A stretch of DNA of 64,000 bases from Takakia lepidozioides (lineage: Eukaryota > Plantae > Bryophyta), in the NCBI GenBank assembly GCA_030704615.1, contig CM060733.1, positions 7,068,001 to 7,132,000 on the forward strand, written 5' to 3'. The position numbers and the translations under genes are program-made. A model generated the notes under the pieces. It ran no database searches. It was given only the letters and a program-made list of their open reading frames with translations, and was not told the origin of the DNA. Positions 34,938-45,336 of the stretch are shown here, piece by piece. Numbering within the stretch: position 1 is the stretch's first letter; each line of letters begins with the position of its first letter.

Positions 34938-36015
34938 GTCTACACCATTCTTTTACGTTCTTCTTTGTCAGCTTTTGCTTCTTCATTTGGGCCTCCACTG
35001 TGGCATGCCCGTGAAACTTTGGGATGTTTTTGCAGGAGCCCAAGAACGCCAAGGTTCCTCCTTTTCTTTGCGAACCTGGACTTCTATCCTAGTCCGACCC
35101 CCCTTCTTGAATTGCCATGTTATGCGGAGGCTGCAGCCAGAGCATTTGCTCTCTAGGCATTTCCCCCTCCTCTGCTTTGCAACCGGAGGGGAAATGTGGA
35201 TAGGAGGGCTACGGTGTTCGTTGATAGTTGTGCTTCAGTTTTGGATTCAAACTCCTCTAGTGGCAGTGCATCTTCTTGTTCGAAATGATCCATTTCTTTT
35301 CAAACTATCTATCAATAAACCAATACCGAGTTGTTTGATTTGAATCCGGTGTGTGCCTCTGGACCTGTTCTTCTCTTCATAACTTCATTCATCTATGTTT
35401 CTCCATTCATCCATATTTGAGGCGTCCACAATACATGCACTCGGCATCCATCCTGTTGTCAATTGTTCATCCATGCATTCATGCATTCATCTATCCATCG
35501 GTGTACCAGAGTTCATCCAAACTCATTGTTAAGTTCATCCAGACTTCATCCAAAATGCACCAAATATTCATCCAATATTCATCCAAATTTCATCCACATG
35601 CGCACAATATCTCTTCTACAAAGTTGCAAACTACTGCCTGGTTGTATGCATCCTTTCCCGCGGATACAAGTCTCCCGGGGTTTTCTCATCCACGGTTATA
35701 GGCCCGCGCGGTGACAATCATCATCGTCCGTTAGCATCTTCCCGCTCACGGATGAGCATCTTCTCGCTCACGAATCTTTTCGCTCACCTGAGCCGCTCAC
35801 GGATTAGCATCCCCCATATTCGAACCAATTAGACTTTATCACTAACGTATTTATCTTGCTAGAGGCGCTACTGTAAATAGAAAATGACTATAGGGCCCAC
35901 CCCCGAAAGGGGGCAGTAGCCGCAAGGTGAAGTGGCTCTTAGTTACGCCGGCCTCGGCCGGAGTCTTCTCTCTAGAAAATGACGAGGAAAACCACTTGAC
36001 CTTTAGAGAACTTAA

Positions 36016-36355
36016 CCCTAAAGGACGACACGCCCCAAAATGGGTCACGTTGTTTTTCCATCCAGCTCGTATCTTCATCGATGAACTCCGATGAATATGA
36101 GCCCTGAACGGAAAATGTGCAGCGCCGTCTCTTCTACATGCTCCGCCAAACGGCGGATCAAAATCATGAAATCCCTGCATGCAAGAATTTATGGAATGTC
36201 AAGGGGTCCAGAAAATGGGTGGTCGAGGGGGTGGCCACACAGGTTGACTGGGCACGTGGCAGGCTGGACCAGCTGTGCTGGTAGGCAGTGGTGGCAATGC
36301 AAAGCGACGGGTGCATGGGTTTGCCATGCATGCCCGCCCGCCATTGATGGTGAAA
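36016..36355 (+). mobile_element. Duplicated, truncated left end of the piggyBac element
   Basis: TTAA|CCCTAAAGGACGAC at 36012-36029, the same start as at 42168-42185. Confidence 0.65.
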
Positions 36356-37312
36356 AGGGTGAAGGGACTTCTCTCAGACCTCGGATCAGGTTTGCGTTGA
36401 CGAAAGCATGATTCCAGTCTGTGTTTGCAGTGTGTTTATTCCACAACATGCATAGATATGCTGGCTGTTCTGATATCAATATGTGATTGGCTTCTAGTGA
36501 TTTTCTGTTTGCTTTCATCGCAGGTATATCCACGGAGTGCTTTCGCCTGACGATTTTTTGAGCTCCTACCCATTCTTCATCGATAGCTGGGCAAAGACAA
36601 ATCCTTACACAACTATATACCAAGCCGGTATTTTGGAGGACTGGAGCAGATCTCATTTGAAAGATTGTGGCTGGTACTTGGATTGCCCCAAACAATCGAC
36701 ACCATTGGAGGAGAATGTCTTTCGGGAATGACAATGTGGAGGCTCTTACTCCTCTGATGGATAGACAGCTGTAGTTAGAGATCTTCGGGTTTGAAAACAA
36801 AGGAACCGGTGGTGAGTCAGAGCCCGAAGAAAAAGGACAGAAGAAGGAAAAAGAAAAAGAGGCTGAAGGCAGGGCTCAAAGGGGGTCAAAGGGGTATGCT
36901 CAGTGTGACCGACCATACAAGGCCTTTCTTAATCCTGGCAGAGGTGTTGCTACTCAATTCCAACACAAGACAGTGAACGAAGGCTTCTTGGGCATGATGG
37001 CATCTCGAAGGAAAGGAGCCACCGACGTGGAGAAGTCCCCGACTTGGGAGACATTGTCGTCATTTCTCACTCTGGTAAATTCATTACCTCTTCCAACTTG
37101 TGTGTATGTAGATTTGAAGACTGTTTGCAGGTCTTCTAAGTGGGTATGTTTTCTTTGTTGGATGTGAAGGCTGCCAAAGGTCCATCCTGGGTGAACGGGG
37201 AGAAGAAAACCTTTGCATGCAAGCTCGTAGTTGTGGAGATTCCCGACGAGCTTCCAATGCCCGATGTTCCTCCGATGGGTGTGACTTCCGCCTAGAATGT
37301 ATGGGACGACCG

Positions 37313-40190
37313 TGACGAGTTCTGAGCACGCGCGGACATGGTGACTGCATATTAGTCTAGGAGGTCGTGGTAAGTTGCGGTGTAGGTTGGGCTCACTGAA
37401 CCGCGTACCCGACTGCGGTTAGTGCAGGGGATCCGTGGTCGTACATGGTGGCTATGATCACTATCTAAGTCATACCGGCAAAGAGAAATCATGTACTTAT
37501 CTTCACAGGGCGAGTTTGCGTTTCTAAGTCCTATGGCATCCTACAATCTACTCAGTAACTGCCTTCCAAGTCTTTGTGTTTTATTGTCTAATTCTTACCG
37601 CCTAGGCCCCCGAGCCGCCTATAGCCGGGACATGTTTTAATAATCCCTTCACAAGGCACCTACTGAGCCTAGGAAGAAGAGGAAAAATCTTCCTCTCCCA
37701 ATGCCCCTCCTTCACCGAGTGCTTAAGTTCAAGTCATCTCTGATGGAAGGGCCAACGATTCCTACCCCAGTGCCTAAAATACTTTGTCTTAGCAAAGGAG
37801 TGGCCAAAATACCTATCATAATCCAATAGGTTCACCAAGTTCAATAAGGTGGTTCTAAGCCCTCAACTCAATAAGTTCAATCAGTTTAATCAACGCCCTT
37901 CAGGCTATAACGTGCACCACGTGCATCTATCCTATTTAAGCAATTTCGCAAATCAGAAATGCTGAAAAATAAAAGAAATTAAGAAAATCAGGAAAAATAC
38001 CTCCCATATGGGAAATCATGTGGGGAATCCAAAGATACATGGGCGCCTAAAGATGCCATTGGGAACCCAATGAGAACCGAGGAACACCCGGGAACCGTTC
38101 CATGCCGCGGGGAACTGCCACGGCCCTATCGGATGATGAATCTCGTGAGAGCTCATCCCTGCCACTACATTCGTCAGTCCAGAAAATGCATGCATAAATA
38201 ATAAAATAACCACTTGTAGGTCCAAGCCAGATTTCACCCCTTTATATTATTTTAAGGCGCTGGTGCGCTTTCCCTCCGTGGAAAAAGTTATCCTCTACCT
38301 TGGGCTCTGACACAAATGCGCACTGTAGCCGAGTTTTTAGGACATAGTACTTTCTCTCCTCCCTTGTCTCTCGAGGTCTCCGCCTCTTGCTTACTACTCA
38401 CAGCTTGACTCTCTCTTGGAGTCATAAGAACGCTCCCCTCCAAGGCTACGTCCTCCCAAAATCCTAGATTTTATCTACCACTGGCGCCTTAGATAATGGC
38501 TCCTAACCCTTAGAGGGGTATAAATTGAATCTAATAGCTAAAGGTAAGAATACCCCCCTTTAAGGGAATTTGCAGACGCATTGTCCACTGGATAAAACGC
38601 CCCCGCCACGTGGCGGGGCAAAGATCCGCGCGTAGCGGTCCAAGCCGTGGACCGCTGCGGGTTAACGCCGGCGTCCGCCGGTCTGTCTCAGCTGTTGGTT
38701 ATCCTACATGTAAAGACCCGCCCTCTGCTCGCACATTTTGGGGCCTCACGCCTGAGCCACGCGGCTGATGTACTTGATCTCAGTACGACTTAAGGTCAGC
38801 GCTGGAGCCCCGCTCCCTGTATGTCGTGGCTGGGCCACGGCTGCCTCCACGCTTTTAATAATCGAGTGCCTACTCTCTAGGCGCAGCACCCGGGCTCCTC
38901 CCGGGCTGCTCGCGATCTTGGGGCAGCTGCTGTCAAGCGAAATCAGCCCACCTCCCAAGACAAAAAAAAATACAACCCACCCTCCCTTGGGCCTCCATGG
39001 CTTGCTAGTTGGGGGGGAAATTAGCATATAGTGGGGTTTGAGGTACGAGCATAGTATCTGGCTGAAGGTGAAACTGAAGGGCGGCATGAATACAAAGGAC
39101 TTCTTTGTGGGTTGTGTTTACATGCCCACAGAGGGGACCCTTAGTGCTGACGCAGACAAAGCCTTCGAAGATGTAAAGCTAGACTGTGCTTCATTCCTTG
39201 CCAAAGGTCAGGTGATTTTATTGGCGACTTCAATGCCCGGGTGGATAAAGGTCTCTCATCATGATGATATCATTGGGCCTTTTGGTGAGGACGAGCTGAA
39301 CTCTAATGGCAGACAATTAATTAACTGTCTGGAAGAGCTTCAGCTTCTGGCCTTGAACAATAGGACAAAAGGTAATTTCATCCACCCAGCTCCTCAAGGC
39401 GAATTCCAGGATTTTTCATCCATCCAAGAAGTAGAAATGCAAATAATAGGCCCCGTGAGTGCCATCGACTCAATAATTTGGCCCCACTGCTAATCAGCTC
39501 CATAAATCACCAAACTCGGTGACAAACTACAATTATATACCTCGTATCAGCCTATAAATTCTCAGCTCCATTGGTGGTAAGAAGTTGTGTTTCTCGCCAT
39601 TCGTCGTATTTTCGCTACACACAGATTTTGTGGTATTTTTGGAAATCAAATCCCTGGTGATGGCTCTGGGGTCTTTGACCCTGCCACTGAGTCATAGGTT
39701 GTCCGGAGTCCCCTCCAGTTGTCCCGCACTACTAACAAGTCCACGCTTTGCCGTTTGAAGTCGTCCTGACTTGCTGTCATTCCGATGCGGCCAATTGCTT
39801 TGTTGCGATATTTCATCGCTGTACATGTTGCTTCCACCAATTGCCAAGCTCCTCGCCGTGTGTTCCTACTGGACTTGAAAGGTGGGAGAAAAGAGAGATC
39901 GCAATCTGGGACTGGAACAGTCGTCCTGTATTGTTTGGACATGATTAATTTGTCGTTTCTGGTATCGAATTGGCAACCTAATCTGCTGTCGATGCAGCTT
40001 CCTATGGTCATCTTTACGTCAGAGTTCCACTCCATGGTCGTCGCAGACACTGTCTAATTTCCTACATGCTTTCCCAACGATTTCCAGACAAATAACAAAC
40101 TAACCTGTTTTGGCAGTACAATGCCGAAACCGCTTGTCTTATGATAAAAAACGATCTGAAAAGAAAAGTGTACCAATATATGCATCTACA
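37313..40190. mobile_element. Solo LTR (with nested insertion)
   Basis: TG...CA ends and 5-bp TSD GACCG/AACCG. The empty site is visible in copy 1 (GGGACGACCGCTACTGG). Both ends are homologous to 45337-47243. Confidence 0.88.
38548..39367 (+). mobile_element. Nested non-LTR retrotransposon fragment: GC-rich leader plus AP-endonuclease domain
   Basis: SIWLKVK...FFVGCVYMP...GQVILL/GDFNAR...DIIGPFGEDELNSNGRQLINCLEELQLLALNNR. The fragment is flanked by the direct repeat AAAGGTAA (38540-38547, 39368-39375). Confidence 0.75.
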
Positions 40191-42171
40191 AACCGCTACT
40201 GGCCTTGGGTCTTCAGATTTTGTGGACACTTCTTGGCTGACAATGGTTGTCTGCTCATCCTCCAAGCAGCCATTTTGAAGTGTTGGCGCCAGCTTGTCAG
40301 TTTCCTCAAGTAGGATGGAATGAAGGTGATTAAAAGTTGGAATGGGGTTAACAGCTTGGCACTCACAAATGGGGACTTCCCAAGCCAGAAGGTAGATTCT
40401 CATTTCATCATTTGCTTTCAACCCTCCAAAAATGTTGGTAAGGTTTTGACTCATCTGTTTTCCATTTTTGCATGTCCTTCTCCCCTACCATCTTTGCGTT
40501 GACGCAAGCATGGTGCAAGTGTTCCCATTAGTCTTTCCCCGGTCCTGGCTTCGATGCTCCAGTGTCTTCCTTGTTTTAACTGTGCAGACTCGTGCTTTCG
40601 ACGTGCACTGTCTTGTAAGAGAATGCCACCCATCCACACCGTCTTCCGTGAAGGAGTTCGAAGTCATGGAGGTGGGGGGGGGGGGGGGGGGGGGGCATGT
40701 TGACTCCTCTTGCAATCTGGTGGATGATGATTTTATCTACAACTACGTGGATGCATCACTTACAGTGCTACGGGCGTCTGGAGAGCCATGGAGAGGTGCA
40801 CGGGAGAAGAGTCCGGCCTTCATGCAGACTGTCATCGAGTCTTGCAACGTTCAAGGATCCCGGGTTGTTGATCTCACTCCTGGAACAAGTTTGTGGTTTT
40901 GCATTGACAGTCTCGTAATGTTCTGCCTTCATTTGTTGTTCCTTTTGGATTGCAGGCATGCTTTGCTCCCTGCTCATTGATCGGTTTTGCATGCAGGGGC
41001 TTCATTAGCAAGGCGACAGAAAGGCATATGTTCGCCTTTGAGGGCAATGCTGACCTCTACAATGAGGTGATAGCTCCTCTCCATGAGGGCTCGACTTCAG
41101 GCACGCAGACAGATGCGGCGCTCGCAGCAATGGTCGTGGAACACGAAGACATGGCCGACATTGACGACGATTTTGATTGTGAGTAAGTCTACACCATTCT
41201 TTTACGTTCTTCTTTGTTAGCTTTTGCTTCTTCATTTGGGCCTCCACTGTGGCATGCCCATGAAACTTTGGGATGTTTTTGCAAGAGCCCAAGAACGCCA
41301 AGGTTCATCCTTTTCTTTGCGAACCCGGACTTCTATCCTAGTCCGCCCCCCTTCTTGAATTGCCATGTTATGCGGAGGCTACAGCCAGAGCATTTGCTCT
41401 CCAGGCATTTCCCCCTCCTTTGCTTTGCGACCGGAGGGAAAATGTGGATAGGAGGGCTACGGTGTTCATTGATAGTTGTGCTTCAGTTTTGGATGCAAAC
41501 TCCTCTAGTGGCAGTGCATCTTCTTGTTCGCAATGATCCATTTCTTTTCAAACTATCTATCAATACACCAATACTGAGTGGTTTGATTTGAATCCGGTGT
41601 GTGCCTCTGGACCTGTTCTTCTCTTCATAACTTCCTTCATCTATGTTTCTCCATTCATCCATATTTGAGGCGTCCACAATACAGGCACTCGGCATCCATC
41701 CTGTTGTCAATTGTTCATCCATGCATTCATGCATTCATCTATCCATCGGTGCACCAGAGTTCATCCAAACTCAATGTTAAGTTCATCCAGAGTTCATCCA
41801 AAATGCACAAAATATTCATCCAACATTCATCCAAATTTCATCCACATGCACACAATGTCTCTTCTACAAAGTTGCAAACTACTGCCTGGTTGTATGCATC
41901 ATTTCCTGGGGATACAAGCCTCCCGGGGTTTTCTCATCCACGGTTATAGGCCCGCTATAGGCCCGCGTGGTGACAATCATCCTTGTCCGTTAGCATCTTT
42001 CCGCTCACGGATGAGCATCTTCTCGCTCACGAATCTTTTCGCTCACCTGAGCCGCTCACGGATTAGCATCCCCAACCAATTAGACTCTATCACCAACGTA
42101 TTTATCTTGCTAGCGGCGCTACCGTAAATAGAAAATGACGAGGAAAACCACTTGACCTTTAGAGAACTTAA

Positions 42172-45030
42172 CCCTAAAGGACGACGCGCCCTAAAATGGG
42201 TCACGTCGTTTTTCCATCCAGCTCGTATCTTCATTGGATGAACTCCGATGAATATGAGCCCTGAACGGAAAATGTGCAGCGCCGTCTCTTCTACATGCTC
42301 TACCAAACGGCGGATCAAAATCATGAAAGCCCTGCATGCAAGAATTTATGGAATGTCAAGGGGTCCAGAAAATGGGTGGTCGAGGGGGTGGCCACGCAGG
42401 TTGACCGGGCACGTGGCAGGCCGGACCAGCTGTGCTGGCAGGCAGCAGTGGCAATGCAAAGCGGTGGATGCATGGGTTGGCCATGCATGCCCGCCCGCCT
42501 TTGATGGTAAAAGCCATCCGGGGGCAGCGCAGGGTGGTGGGGGACTTGGGTGTTTCGCGCGCATTTTGCTAGAGCTGTTCACTCTCCTATGTTTCCCTGC
42601 AGCTCGACGAGGACCTTCGCATGCCCTCCTTTTCCTTGCGTGGTGACCTTGTGTTGAAGGGCTCTTATGTTTCGCAGGCTTTTGGGGGTCGTCTCTCTCT
42701 TACCCGGTTGTGTGCAGGGAAGCACCGGCCGCCTCTGAGAGCCGTTGCGTGCAATAATCCTGCGCCGTTTAGGGTGTTTATTCTTTGGGGCTTTGGGGGC
42801 GAGGAGATCATGTTAGTGTGTTGGGCTTCTGTCATGAATGGTGCGTCTTGGGCTACACCCTGAACGTGCATGAATCTTTAGCGCGATTTTTCCTGTTCAT
42901 CTCTTTGCTAACAGTTTGGAATATTTTGTGCCTGAAGAGGGGGGTGAGAGTGGCATGGGTGTGTATGAGGGAGATTCAGCAAACATGATGGATTGGGATA
43001 TTGAGCATGATGAGAGTGATGAGGTAGATGAGCCTATGGATTCCGATTTTGCTGCCTTGTTTGCTCCAAGAACATGGGAGTGTGGCGAGAGTACCTTTTG
43101 TAGCGATAGAGAGGTGTTCACTGGCCCGCTGCCTGGGCCTGTATTGCTGAGTTGGTGCACCCGAGTCTGTTTACATTGTTTAGTTTGTTTTGGTCGCCGG
43201 CAACTCTGGCTCGGATATGCAGAGAAAGCAACAATTATGCTGCCGAGCATATTGCCGAAGGTACTCGTGGGGGTTCAAGGGGGACTCCGCTGCTCGTGCC
43301 AAAGTTGCGAGCATGGTTTGGCATCTATTTGTTCATGGGCATAAAGAAATTGCCTAACAGCCAGTGCTACTCATGGCAACAGTCCCAACCTTTTTTTTCC
43401 ATGTCATGTCATAAGAAAGGTGGTGACTCGAGACAGGTATGAGAGCATTTTGCGGTGCTTGCATTTTGTGGGTAATGAGACACTGGTTTCAGATCGCACC
43501 AGTGAGCACTATGACGAATTGGGGAAGGTCAGATGGGTGTGAGAGGAGATTGTCACCAAATGCAAGTCACATTGGAATTTGTGTAAGCTTCTGACTGTGG
43601 GTGAGATTATGATCAAGTACAAGGGCAAATACTGTGTGATTTGCTAGTATACGCCAAAGAAACCAGTCAAGGGGATAAAGGATTGGGCGCTAGCCGACTC
43701 TGTCAGCAGCTAAGTTGCAGATTTTGACATGTACAGTGGGAAAAATGGTAAGGGCATCTGGGCCACTGGCACTGTTTGGCTGAATAGAAAGGGTTTGCCT
43801 CCTTCCTTGACAAGCTTGAAAAAAAACAAGAAGGAGAAACAAGGGGACACTTGGTTCTGAATGCACCAAAGCCGGCAAATGGCGGCATGCCTGTGGTGGG
43901 ACAAGAAGGGTGTCTTCATGGTGTCATCAGGGGCTCGGCCAGCATCGGGCCCCAATTCTCCTGTCAGTGTGAAGCAATTTGTGGGGAATGTCCAAAGGGT
44001 CTTGGTGCCCTCTGCGCCAATGCATGTCCAGTACCAGACGTACATGCGTGGGGTGGAAATGCAAGATCAGCTCAGGGGAGCTTATAGCATGCAGCTCAAA
44101 ACCATGAAGTGGTGGCACAGGGTTTTTTTTCTTTCTTCTGGATACCACCATGATCAATATCTACATTTTGCATGTTATATCCTTGATGAAGACCATGGGC
44201 ATTCGAGAGCAAGACCCACCTAGATTTCAGTCTGGCCATGGCTCATTCACTTACTGCTGGCACTTGGGCGTCCTTGGAAACGAGGAGTGTGTTGGTTCCT
44301 AAGGCGCCAGATGTGCACCAGACTCTGCATTCCACACTTCGACGGTCGTGCGTGCAGTGCCGTCGGTGGACGCATCACTATTGCCCACAATGCGAAAATG
44401 CGTTCTTATGTCTTGGTGCGTGTTGGCGGGAGGCCCATCGTGCTCGGGAAATGTGGTTTTGCCTTTGTTTTTCTTGTGGATTCGTTTTTGTGGTTCTTGC
44501 AGCCTGTGAGTGAGTGTGTTGGTTGCCTGGCATATATGGGTGGGGCATTCTTCTGACTGTGGTTTCGCACTTGTTGCTTGGCAAGGGGGTGCATGTAGAG
44601 TGTGCTATTTGTGTGAGTGAGTTCTGCCTTGAGTGTTTCCATGAACACTGGGATTTTGCGTTTTGTTGACAGGTCGTCTTCTCGGGTTGAGTGCTTCCTG
44701 TTGAGCTTCACTGTGGTGTTAATGTTGGGGTGCATCTCGTTTTGCATGTCGTATTGCCTTGCCATGTTTTGGTTCGGGGGATGGCTGGTCGCAGGGGCAT
44801 TTCATGGGCATATACCTGTTTTGGTTTGGGGCTCTTATGTTTCGGGGGGGCATCTCGTGGGCATTTCACTGTTTTGTTTTAGGGGTGGCTAGGGGGGGAG
44901 GGAGCATTTTGAGGGGGGGCTGGGGTGGTGATTGTTGTTGTTGTTTTGGGTGGAGGGTGTATGGCTACTTTGCGAGGGGGGGATTGTCTGCACAAAGGGG
45001 CAGAGCAGGGGGTTTGATAACTGAGTGTCG
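42172..45030 (+). mobile_element. piggyBac-like transposon, defective transposase ~42955-44450
   Basis: TTAA|CCCT left end. Transposase blocks ESNNYA, GIYLFMGIKKLP, RDRYESILRCLHF, TVGEIMIKYKG, PKKPVK, WWDKKGV, YQTYMRGVEMQDQ, KWWHRVF and a C-terminal Cys-rich CVQC..YCPQC...LC..CW..H. The right TIR was not found. Confidence 0.88.
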
Positions 45031-45336
45031 ATAAAGAGGAAGAAGATTGATGAGAAAGGGATGATCTGCGGTGAAAGGAGAGCCAATGGTCTCTTCGTCT
45101 CTCTCACCGCATGATTTGACCTTCGATCGCTCTTTATTTAAGGTATAGCTCATGTATCCGCCCCTTTGCTCATCCAAAGCTTCCCAAAACCTGGCATCCA
45201 TTCTCCTCAAACTAATGTCATTTCAACCATCCAACCACTGAAATCTTGAGTTCATCCGCCAACAATGGTTTTATTGAGTTGAGCTCATGGGCGCAGCGCT
45301 TCCACCCTATGTCGCCAAATTTTTATTATTCACCTC

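Larger units (their letters stand above)
30350..35983. mobile_element. Unclassified DNA element carrying a SWIM zinc-finger gene and an N4/N6-methyltransferase-like gene
   Basis: The left end (TTCGAA, repeated CGTGAGC, TATAACCGTGGA, then a GGATGAA array) is mirrored in inverted form at the right end (TTCATCC array, TCCACGGTTATA, repeated GCTCACG, TTCGAA). A hairpin cluster ends in CTAG at 35972-35975. Exact termini and TSD are not resolved. Confidence 0.5.
36524..41186 (+). pseudogene. N4/N6-methyltransferase-like gene, copy 2 (3' part), split by a solo LTR
   Basis: Same exons as copy 1, retaining the acceptors TGTGCAG|ACT and GCATGCAG|. C-terminus reads WRGAREKSPAFMQTVIESCNVQGSRVVDLTPGT / ASL.SKATERHMFAFEGNADLYNEVIAPL. 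Confidence 0.7.
33020..42510 (+). repeat. Tandem duplication of a ~3.3-kb unit (copy 1 ~33020-36355; copy 2 ~36356-42510, interrupted by a solo LTR)
   Basis: Co-linear high similarity of 33125-34013 with 36415-37312 and of 34011-36355 with 40192-42510. Confidence 0.92.

Noticed and set aside
38764-38792. Hammerhead ribozyme (CTGAT + stem GTACT/AGTAC + GAC)
   Set aside because: It lacks the full CUGANGA and GAAA core, and no stems I/III are evident.
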